This document shows positions 45,001-57,000 of a DNA stretch of 59,324 bases, in pieces. Each line of letters starts with the position of its first letter. Within the stretch, counting starts at the first letter, position 1. The notes beneath the pieces were generated by a model, which was given only the letters and a program-made list of their open reading frames with translations, was not told the DNA's origin and searched no databases. The DNA comes from a virus (lineage: Duplodnaviria > Caudoviricetes), in the IMG/VR virus record IMGVR_UViG_3300020442_000455, positions 1 to 59,324 of that record; one strand, given 5' to 3'. Made by a program: the position numbers and the translations under genes.

Positions 45001-48000
45001 TGCAGAAAGTGGGGCAGCAGCAGCATTAGCGACTGTAGCGCCATTGACTTCAACTGTAACTACAGCGTTATCGATGTAAATTCTAACTGCCGTATCTGGT
45101 GCAGAAGCACGCATGTCTAGGATAGTTACCTGACCTGTTAGAGATGCAGTCTCTGGATAGATCCAACATTCAGTGATGAAACCATTTGTACCGAATGCAA
45201 AATCGGAACTAGATGGAACAACAGCGTTACATCCAGCAGTTCCATCTAGTGTCAAGGAAGAAAGGCCGAACTTAGGACCAGTTGTGCCAAGAGTAGCAGT
45301 TCCCGCAAGAGTTACAGTATGATATTCTTCACCAGTTGCAGTACCACGACCAGTCTTTCCAAGATAGATGACCTTCTCACCAGCGTTATAACCAAGAACT
45401 TCTGCTTTTGCGTTCTCGGATCTAATAATTTGACCTGCGCTAAAGAATCCATCACCCTCAAAATCAGACAGTGCCAACTGTCTCAATTGTGCAGTTTCTC
45501 CTACAGCAAGAGGACCAGATTCATTGCCATATTCAAATCTGTAGTTGCGAATATTCTCTCCAGCTACTAGTGGATTGGTAGCATTGTTATATTCTAGAAC
45601 ATAGTTGTTTACAGATTCGCCTCCAGGGAAGTTAGAATCGAACGATACTAAGTTTGTAGCGAAGTCATTGATCTGGATTTGAGAATCTGCAACGTTATCC
45701 AAGACAACGTTTGGATATGTTGCGTTGGAGATTCTATTGAACAGAAGACCGAAGAATGTAGAACCTTCGGAAATAACAACTTCAGGAATAGATGTATTTG
45801 TAACTTCATCAGTATAGATGAAGGATCTTGTAATAAACGATACAACACCAGAAGAGAGTCCGACAATAATATCATACTGTGCAATCTCAAGAAGACCAGG
45901 TGTAGACTGATATGTACCTGTTGTCTTACTGATAGACAGATCTTGAGTAACCTCAACAACTGTGCTGTATACAGGACCACCTTCTTGCTGTTGTGCAGGT
46001 GCAGTACCAGACTGACCTCTAAGGACAGTCAGAATTGTTGATTCTGTAGTGGTTTGTACGTTACTAACCTCAAAAATCTCAGAACCAAACTGATACTTGA
46101 CTCCATTGACAAATGTACCAGCTGGTGGTGGTGCAGGTGCCTGTGTAGTAGAACCGTAAGAAATAACCTCAACGGTAGTAGAACCAGTACCAATAGTATA
46201 TCTTAGTTTAGCAATAGGAGATTGCTGACCAACAGATAGGTTGATTTCTTCAATTTTTGCCTTCTCACCACCCAAGTTGGTGATTGTTTCACCAAACGCA
46301 AACAGGTGATCGTTACTATCAGCACCATCCTTCAGTTGAGTAACGGTACTCAAGATACCTAGGAAACCAGTTGCAGATACAGAGAATGTCTCACCAACTT
46401 GATAACCAGCTTCTGTAGCAGTAGATTCTTGCAGACCACCATTAGTAGTCAACGCAGTATCTGCTAGACCATTCCAAATAACATCGATACTATTACCAGA
46501 GGTTCTAATGACAGTACCTCTCCAACCAGTAGTCAGACCAACAATAGTATTACCTAGAGTTGGGAAAATGCCAGAGACATTGCTGAAATCTAGTCTGTAT
46601 ACAGTAAGGAAGTCAATTTCGATATTTGCATAACGAACCATTGCTGCTGGTTGTGGTGGTTCAGCAAAGACAATGTTGCTACCCTGAATGCTAAAGGATG
46701 TTCCTGGGTTCTGTACAACACCATTCAGAACAATCATCATCTGGTCAGCAGATGCAGAGACACCTTCTTGGTTGACTGCTAGTGGGAACGAGATTCTCTC
46801 ACCATCAAACAAGTTGGAAATATCATCCAAACGCTGTACAGAAGATGTTAGAATGTTCTCTGAAGAGGTCAGTCTTCTTTGACGGAACAGAACTTCAGTA
46901 TTGTTATACTGAGTATAGATTGGTTCTACCAGAGCAAAGTTCTGGATGTTAGGTACAACTGTAGCATCAGACAAGTTGACAGACTTAGTAAGTTCAAAGT
47001 CAGTCTTTCTATTCTCAATAAGTGTCTGTTCACTGAGGTTCAGTTCACCGAACAGTTTGAAACCTGCAGGGTGGCAGTTAGTTGTAACCAGTTCTCTCCA
47101 GTTATCAATGGATACGGAAGATTGAACAACATAGGAGAACGACTGATAGAAGTAAGAATCCTGTACTTTCTGAATAATTTCGGATAGTTTACCAACATCA
47201 TCGACAAATTGACCAGTAGTTCTAGTAATAGAGTCAATGTCAAGAACACCACGAGCAGTAGATAGGTCTGCAATAATACCAGAAGACTTAGAGATCTTAC
47301 CAGTGATCTTTTCATTTAGTTCAAAGACTCCAGTATAATCTACAAGTTTGAGTAGTCTAGGTCCGACCAACCAACCATCGTTCTCAGAAACATAACCAAT
47401 CGCAGTTGGATTGTTTACATCTTCACCTTGATAAATTTCTTCTCCTGCTAGGAATTCGCCAGTACCAACATTTGCCTCTGCAGCACCACCGAAGGAATCG
47501 GTTAGCAGAATTTGACGACCAGAACCAGCATTCACAAAGGTTAGTGCATCACCAAGTTCTGCGTTATTAGAAGTAATAGCGAGTTTTAGTTGATCATCCT
47601 CTAGGGAGTTTGCACTACCAGTGATAGCATAGTATGTGGTAGAAGCATTCAGTGTGCCAGTTGCACCAGCAGCGATTGGGAATGCTGCCTCATCATCACC
47701 ATCATCTTGAGATTGAAGTTGTACTTGCGATCCGTTGGCAATACCATGTGGATATGAGAACTGCAGAAGACCCAAATCAAGGTTTACAACATAGTTGAAC
47801 GAGGACTTCAGAGAAACAACTGGTTCGGAAGAATAACCTGCTCCAGGATCTTTGACAAAGATCTGATCGATACGACCATTCTTGATAGTTGCCTCAGCAA
47901 TAGCACCTGCACCGCCACCACCTTCAATGATGACAGTAGGAGGTTGTGAATATCCAGAACCAGGATCTGTAACAGTAATGCTACGCAGAACACTAGTATT

Positions 48001-51000
48001 GATCAACTGAGCGTTGATTGGGAAAGTAATTTCAGGACGTAGAGTATAATCATGTGGATAGTCATAACCGAAGTTGTTGTTCTTCAGTTTCTTGATCTTA
48101 CCGACATTAGCACCTTTGGTGAAGATAGAAGCACCAGAACCAAAAGGAGGAATCTCTACTTCCAGTTGAGCACCAGAACCAGTCAAACCAGGACCGAGAA
48201 TATCTGGAATTGCTTCAATGTCAATAGTTGCTGTAGTATATCCCTTACCAGCACTGGTAATAATTACACTACTAATTTGACCTGGGATGGTTTCTCCTTC
48301 TGCATCCTCACCATCAGTAACCGTGATTTGTACAAGACCGCCGTCACCGTCACCTTGAATAGGTACGCTATAATAAACACCAACCTTATATTCAGTACCA
48401 GGTTCGACAATATTGACACGCTCAATCTTTCTACTAGAAATGATGTTGCTAACGATAGGTAGTTTCCTATAGAATCCACCAGGGTTGACAATACGAATGT
48501 TACCAATTTGTCCAACTACAGAAGTTGCAGATGTAGTATAAGAAGATTGATTGACATTTGCAGCACCTTCAGGTTCATTTGCTAGAGGGAACTTGATAAC
48601 ATCTGGCCCACGAGTAATTGTAGCACCAGCCAAGATACCAACTGTAAACTCACCAAGATAAGGAGAATCAACAACGTCGAGATAAGCGTTTTCATTTACA
48701 GGAGAGTTAGCTCCAATTCTAGATGGATCGAAGTAGTAAGAGATGTTTGTAATCTCAGGTTGAGTAACTCTGAATGCTACCGTAGCACCAGTTCCTCCAG
48801 GAAGACCAGTTCTTAGAATAGAGTTGAATGAATACTCTAGTTTGTTCAGGTTATCCTTGGAGAAGGATAAGAAGTATCCATTCATTGAAGTATGACTTAC
48901 ATCAAACTCATACTGGTGACCATAATACATTTTGATGACTGGAGACTTAGCATAAACCTCAACAGCGCCATAGTTACTGTCAGCAGGATTAGATTGAGCG
49001 ACAGCAGGTAGTTTGTATACAAATTCTTTAGTGCCAATAACTCTATCGACTGGGAAAGAACCATCATACTCATCAATCTGTACAGAATTCACTGTTCTGC
49101 TTGGGTTACCTTCCACAAACAGCATGTCTCCAGCAGACAGATAATGTCTGTTGCTAGTAACAACATATACATCATCAGTTCTAATGGCAGCTGTTGGTTT
49201 GATAACCTTCTCAAGAGTACAGAACAAGGTTGCTTTAGTTACACCAGTGATACCACTAATAGTAATATCAGTCAGAGAAGTATTGTTATATGCAATAGGA
49301 AGAACCGTTCCAGTTAGAGGAGGTGTTGCAGGAACTTCAGGAATAGAAATAACAGAACCCTTTACATATGCTGCGGATCCAGACACCTCATCAATTCTTA
49401 GAGAATAATAAGGAATTGCTGCTTCGCCAGTAGATACGTTATAGAATCTAGCAAATTGGTCAAGTGTACCACCAGAGTAAGATACTGTAGACATATCAAA
49501 CTGGAATGTACCAGGGGTTGATGCGGTTACCTGTGGGAACTCAAATTGTTTGATTTGATTGACATCATTAGGTACAGGACCAGTGATATCAAGACCTTCC
49601 TCATCAAACTGAGTTGTAGAAAGTTCATAGTTGCCTGCAAGATCATCCGACCAATCGTTATTATTGATCGCAACATATACCCAGTTGTTTGGTTTGTCTA
49701 CACTAACAATATAAGCACTATTGATAAATGTACCAGCAGTTAGATTGTTATTGACTAGAGTAGAACGATTTCTCAATTCTAGTTTGGTCTTAGCAGTAAA
49801 ATCTGCAGGTTGATTTAGAGACAGACGTAGAATATTGTCAATCTTGACAGTATTTTGCTGTTTGATGAAGAACTTACCAAGGACAGATGCAGTTACCTTG
49901 ACTTTAGCAGATCCTGGTGCTGGAACAGTTGCAGTTCTAGAAGACCAGATATCATTAGCATATGTGGATGCAAATCCATCAAGAAGATTAGTTACGTTGG
50001 AATTATCGAAATCTAGTAGTTGTAAACCACTAGAACCAAGTGTCCAGTTACCAAGAGATACTGAAGTTAGTGAAGTTGGTATAGTAAACGAAGTGGTTGC
50101 AGTTCTAGTAAACTCAAATCCACTGAAATTGGAACCTAGGTTTGGATGCTGACCAAGACGGGCAGAATCATTGTTTTTATCAATCTTGAGTTGAACGCCG
50201 ATATAAGGGATATCATCATTCTTATAAAGATATGTTCCTCTGGTAGTTGCATTACCCAACCAGTTGAGATCAGTAAATGCATAGTTCTCAGATGTAGACG
50301 ATCCTAGATCGCTAGGCATCGTGAAACTAGTAATTGATCTGTTTCTTAGTTTGATGTAGTTGTAAGAACCACTAAATTGTAGAGTAGCTTCAAATACACC
50401 AGAAGAAGCAATACCAGGAACGTTACCAAAGTAGAGGTTTCTATTAGCATTAGAGACATTAGTAGTGTTACCAGTGATGGACTCAGTGCCATTGAAGAAT
50501 ACTTTGAAGTTATCGCCAGTTCTAACAAGTGCAACATGATGCCATCTATCTTCAAGGAACTGTGCAGCAGGACCTGTCAGAGGAGATACACTATTCAGTG
50601 CCTGAGTGTTATTTGCAGCATACAACTCAAGTCTCTTAGTGCTCTGATCAATCATGAGCATGATGCCGCCATTTAGTTCAGCACCCTCAGTAATCGCAAC
50701 TAGAACATGATTTGTCTGACTATTGTTAGTAGATCTAGCAGAAGGTAGGAATGCAAAGAACTCTAGAGTGAAATCTTTACCATCACCAAATGCATCCTGT
50801 AGAGCATAGGTAGAGTTATCCCAAAGAAGATATGTTGGAGCGTAGGAACCAGAACCGCTAGATTCTTTTCCATACAGTTTCAATCTATTAGAATTGACTG
50901 CACCAGAGGTATTTGTCTGAGTTAGTGTAGGAGTATCAGTTGTAGATGCTGTAAAGGTATCACTTCTATCAACAATTGGGTTTGCAGCAGAATCAACAAA

Positions 51001-54000
51001 CTCAAGAACAAATTCATTTCTATTCCAGAAGGATTGACCAGAAATGTATACATCACCAGAATTATCAACTGCACCAGCAAACGCAGCAACGCCATCAGCA
51101 CCAGATGCCATGACATTCTTACTATGCTTAGTAATCTTACCATCATAACCAAACTTATAAACATCTACACGCTTACCTTCTGGTTTATCAATAGTTACTA
51201 GAACATTACACTCACCGAAGATATCAACACCCAATCCAGTGATAGATGCAATTGTAGTGGACGTAATATCAATAATTGGATGTCTGTAGTTCCAAATCTC
51301 AGTAGCGTCGATATCAAACTTCGCCAACCAAATAGCATTGACGTATTGTTGTGTTTTGTCATATAGACCAGCAGTTACAACAAATTCATCAAATTCATTG
51401 AGAGAGAATGATAGATCTTTGAACCAGTTTGCAACATGAGTGTATTCCTTAGTCCAAACCGAAGTAATACCGAATGCTTCAACCTCAAACTTAGCAATAG
51501 CAAATGTAGTATCAGTGGAAGATGCATTAGGAGCAATTTCCATCAAAGCGTAGATAAACTGATCTTTTACGATGATATCTACTACTCTCTCAGTTTTATC
51601 GGTAGAAGACAGTTTTCTCTTGGTGACAAACTCACCAGTATCACTCATCAGAGCAATATAAGCATCATCTGGGTATGCAGAGTTAGTATTAGTATAACCA
51701 CCAATTACAAAGCGGTTATCGCTGTATTGTACAATTTTATTGACATAATCAGCACGAGTAGCACCAGAGATACCACCAATACCCTTCTGGAATCCTAGAG
51801 ACGCAGAAAGACCGTCTGCTGCCTCATCAAAACGGCAGAAGATGATATCTGGGTTGTACAGGTTCTGAATAGTTGCATTTGGCGTAGTTTCGCCTACAAC
51901 ATAGATTCTGTTGTTGTAATATGCAAGACTCTTGAATGTGCAGGACTTTACACCACCAGAAGCAGGAGAACTGGATGAATATGTCTTCTCCCATTGCTTG
52001 GCACCAGTTGCAGACATCTTAGCAACAAAACCACAAGTTTCGCCAGAAGCATTTAGAGTCTCACCACAAATATAGGTAACTTTGCTGTCTGTGACTAGAG
52101 TATCATTGATTCTTGCCCATTTTTGATTATCAATAGACGTAATGTAATAATCAGTCTTCTTGAGAATCTGTGGATGAGAAACGATGATTCTAGGATCACT
52201 AGTAAAATTAGAACCAGAGTTCAGAATATTGAATTCGTTGATAGCACCTGTTGTAGGGTTGATTACAGGTTGAATGACAGCAGAATTGCCATCACCGTCA
52301 ATTTGAACCTCAATAGGTACATCATCGTTGTATCCAGTACCAGTTTGAGTGACAGTTAGTCTTTCAATACCATCAACGACACGAACTTTGAGTCTCTTAT
52401 TAGAATCGTCTAGTTGTGCATTATATCCTACTTGGACCTTATCGCCAATATTGATTTCATGTGGGTCAGCAGTTGTGATAACACCATAAGGAGTATCATT
52501 GATAGTTTCAAAGTTATATGATGAGATAGTCTTACCACGGATAGTAGAAACAACCGCAGATGCTCCAGAACCATCAGTATCAGTATTATCAAAGATCAAT
52601 CTATCATTGACCTGATAGTTAGCACCAGGGTTTTCAACAATAAAACCAGTTACCTTAGCATCTTCAAATTTAGTTGTAGTTTCAACTTCAATATCAACTC
52701 TAGAGTCAATACTGACTTTAGGGAAGTAATCAAACAGTTCTAGTTTAGATTCTTCTAGAATCTGATTAGGTTCTGTAATTTCAGTACCACTGATAACACC
52801 ATCACCATTATCATCCATTGGTTCAAACAACAGTTGAAGTCCATCTTCAGTGGTCAGACTGTCAGTTTCAACGTTTGGAGAACGCTCAACATCAATATCA
52901 ACATTCTCGTATGGATCACGGAATCTAATAACACCTTCTGGAATGTTTTGCTGTACAGCATCTCTATTCAAGTTCCAAGTATCAACAATAGAGTTGTACG
53001 ATGGTCCTAGAATATATGGGAATTGTGGAATACCATTTTCAGATGCATCAATAGTAACAAAATATGCGTAAGTGCCATCTGGATACTCAGGTGTCTTACA
53101 GAAACGACCATTGTACTGGTCAAGATCCCCAAGACCAAAAACATATTCGTAGTCTTCAATAAACTGACCTGCCGCATTTACTGCAAGTGGAGGTCCAGAT
53201 GTACGAACTGGGTCTGTGTTAGTAAGAGAGTTATATACCAGTTCACTCTTCAGTCTGTAACTTGTAACAACACGTTGGATCTCAGAACCCTGGTCAGTAG
53301 GATCATCATAACCATATGGACCATAAATTGGGTTACCATCAAATGCCCAACCAATAATAGGAGAGTGTTCTACATTTTCGCTTTCAGTTAGAGCACCAAC
53401 AGCACTAGAAATGATATTATCACCAAGAACGTATCTTAGACGTTGTGGGTTGGATAGATGACCATATTCACCACCATACTGATTATTATATCCAGAGAAC
53501 ACGCCACCATTAGCTGCATCAGTTTCTGCAGTCTCTCTAAGGTTATAAGTCCACTGGAATACTTCAGAATCAAATTCAGCACCTTCACCAACAGATACTA
53601 GGTCAATAGTTGTAGTACCTTGAGTGTAAGCAATACCTTTGTTTAGAATTTGGATACTAGTAACACGACCAGCATTTTCACCGTCAGTATCGATAACAGC
53701 ACGAGCTACAGCACCGAAACCAGAACCACCAATGATAACATTAGGTGCTGTGGTGTAACCTTGACCAGCATTGATAACAGCAATGGAGATGATACGACCA
53801 TTGTTGACAATTGCCTGTGCAACAGCACCTGTACCAGAACTTAGGGTGATAATTGGTTTAGATGTATAATCTTGACCACCATTAGATACGTTGACCTGTT
53901 TGATAGGACCACGAACCTTCGCCTCAGCAGTAGCACCAGATCCACCGCCACCAGAAATGGTGATAACAGGTCTAGAGGTATATCCTGTACCAGGAGAGGT

Positions 54001-57000
54001 AACCAGGATCTGCGATACTCTACCTTGAGTAACAATAGCAGTTGCAGCAGCGCCAACACCACCACCACCGACAATAGAAACTAGAGGAACTTTTGTATAA
54101 CCACTACCTTGATCGATAACTTCGATCTCAGTCAAAGAACCGTCAATAACAACTTTTGCTTTTGCATCAGTACCACTCTGCCCTGCAACAGTGCTAATTG
54201 TCATCACAGGAGGATTATCAGCATCATAATCAGAACCTGCTTTAGTTACACTAATAGAGGTAACTGGACCATAAGTCATCTTCTCCGTAGACTTATAAGA
54301 CCAAACTGAGACACCGTTTACAAATGTACCTACAGGACCAGGACTAATATTAGTCTTAGTCGAAATAGTCTCAACATTCAGAGGGAATCTATTGAGTTTT
54401 CTCTGGTTACCAGGAATCAGTGCAGAAGCACCGAAAGGACCGATATTATAGTTTGGTAGACCAGTAGATGCAATATAAACGTAATTGTCGTTGAAGAACG
54501 TGTTTTGAATATTGGTAGTGTAATACTTGATCTGATTGAAGATGTTCTCTTCATCTGACTTACCCTTGTTTAGGTCAATCGATGCAAGAATTGTACCCTG
54601 AGGTGGAATATTACCAGTATCAGTTAGAGTTTCGTATTGGAACTCTTTCTTATTAGTTTTGTTGATTGCAATGACTTGGAACTGACCATTGTAGACAACT
54701 GGGTTTGCACCATAGATGGTAACATTGTCACCAACCAACAAACCATGATCTACATCAGTATATGCAGTAGCAACTCTAGAATCACCTTGAATGCTAGTGA
54801 TACCAACGAGTTTCTTGACGTTATAGACCCAGGAGTCTAGTTGTGGACGCTCTCCAGTAGAACCTAACTTAGATACGGTGAGTTTGTCACCAGACAGATA
54901 GTAAGACCCAGTATCTGTGAGTACAGTAGAACCTGCTTCAGCAATACCCAGAATCTCAAGTTGTACTTCGTTTGGTGTTCCTTTGTTTGCATATAGTTGG
55001 AAATTCGACTTGACTTGTGTGCCAGCATCCCAATCTTCGACAACACCATTCACAGAACGAGTACATTCGATGAACTGGTTCAGAGACTTCTCTTTATAAC
55101 GAATGAGTTCGTTACCAACGATAATTTCACCGTTTCTCTCTGGCCAACCGACTGTGGAGTCTACAGTAATGATACCATCAGTTGCATTGATTGCTTCAAC
55201 CAGCAATGTTTTGTAAGGAATGGAGAACTTGCCACCAATCGTTTCTGGAGCAAGAATCAACTCATAAATCGTATATTCAGAAGTCTGGATGGTCAAATAG
55301 TTTTCAACCAGTGCCTGTGCATACTTTACAGTACCGTCAACAGGATCTGCTTCTTGAATAACCAAAGAATCTCGTAGATCTTCTGGACTACCGTTCAGAA
55401 TGATAGTACGAACAATAGTATCAACCGACCAGGTAGCATCTGATGGTTTGATGATTTGTTCTCTAGGATATTCAACATCTACCTGCTCACCATACAAAAT
55501 TTTGAATAGGTATGCAATCGCTTGAGATGTACCCTTACTTTGGTAAAAATCGCGAATATTTTTGATGACATTGTTGACATCAATCTTAGCAAAGTCCAAA
55601 TATGGCAGATCAGGCATAAACTGATCCACGAACTTGGTAAGCATCTTCTTGAGGAAGAGACCATCAAGACAATCTGCTTTAGATGCTTCATCTACAGTAT
55701 GTGCTACTGCAGTGCTAGATTGTCTAAATTTTAGGTTGCCGAGACTATCAAATCCTATCGGACCCGCAACACCCCTTGCACAACCTTCAAACTGCGACTT
55801 AGAAAAGTCTCTACCTGATTCAATAATTTCAAAACCAGTAATACCACTAAAACTAATTTCAACAGAAGCTTTAGCTTCAGGAGGTCGCTGAATATAGACA
55901 GTCGGTGGGTTAGCTGCGTCATACCCCGAACCAAAGTTGGTGATATTGATGTCAGTGATCTCACCATTGAAAATGGACGCTGTTGCAGTTGCACCTGCAC
56001 CTCCGATAGAATTTCCAGCACCATCCTTGCGATTATCAACGATATAGATTGATGGTACGTCTACAAATCCGACACCACCACTCAAAATGTCAATTGCAAT
56101 GACGCGACCCAGGTTGTCCACACGGACTTCCAGAATTTGTGCTTGTGTTGGGTCAATTATAGCAATTCTAGGAGCAACTAGATATCCTCTGCCAGGATTG
56201 TTTACAGTTACACTGTTTACCTTACCATCAGAGTCAATAGTTGTTGTAATCTGCGCCTGAATAGGATCAGGACCCGTAGGTTCGTCAACATAGACGATAG
56301 GTGCTACGGAATATCCTTGACCAGGTGTTAGAAGACTTACGCTGCCAGGTACAATTTCTCCACTAGAAACAGTACAGGTAGAAATAGTTGCGCCGCCTGG
56401 GTCAATGAAAGAGACTCTAGGAGTTACAGTATAGTTAGATCCAGATGACAATAGATCTAGAGCAGTAACAGATCCGTCTTCTACAGTTGCTTTGATTTTT
56501 GCTGTAGTGCCAGATTCGGAATCTTCTACAACAACTGTAGGTGGATTGGTGCTAGAATAACCTCTACCACCATCAAGTAGTCTCATTTTACTGACACCAC
56601 TGACAGAAGCTACCGCAGTAGCGCCAAATCCGCCGCCACCACCAATAGTAACTTTTGGTGGGTTTTGAATTCTATATCCAGATCCAGCGTCCTTGACAAG
56701 GATACGACTTACTTGACCGTTGTCAATTTCAGTAATTGCTGCAGCACCACTACCAAAAGAAGGGATTGGCGCTTCTAGAGATAGAATATGGCAAGTATCA
56801 TACTCTGGTGGCGCATTTTTGAAAATAATTGTGCTCTCGTAGATCGAATAATCTACATTTGGCGTCAAAAGACGGTTTTCTTGAATAACAAGAGTGTATT
56901 CTGTGATAACAGGACGATATGGTACAGGGGTAGTATTGCCATTAGTCCGTGATAGCGCAAATTCTCTGTTAGCGCCATTGAATTGAGCTTGGATACTATC

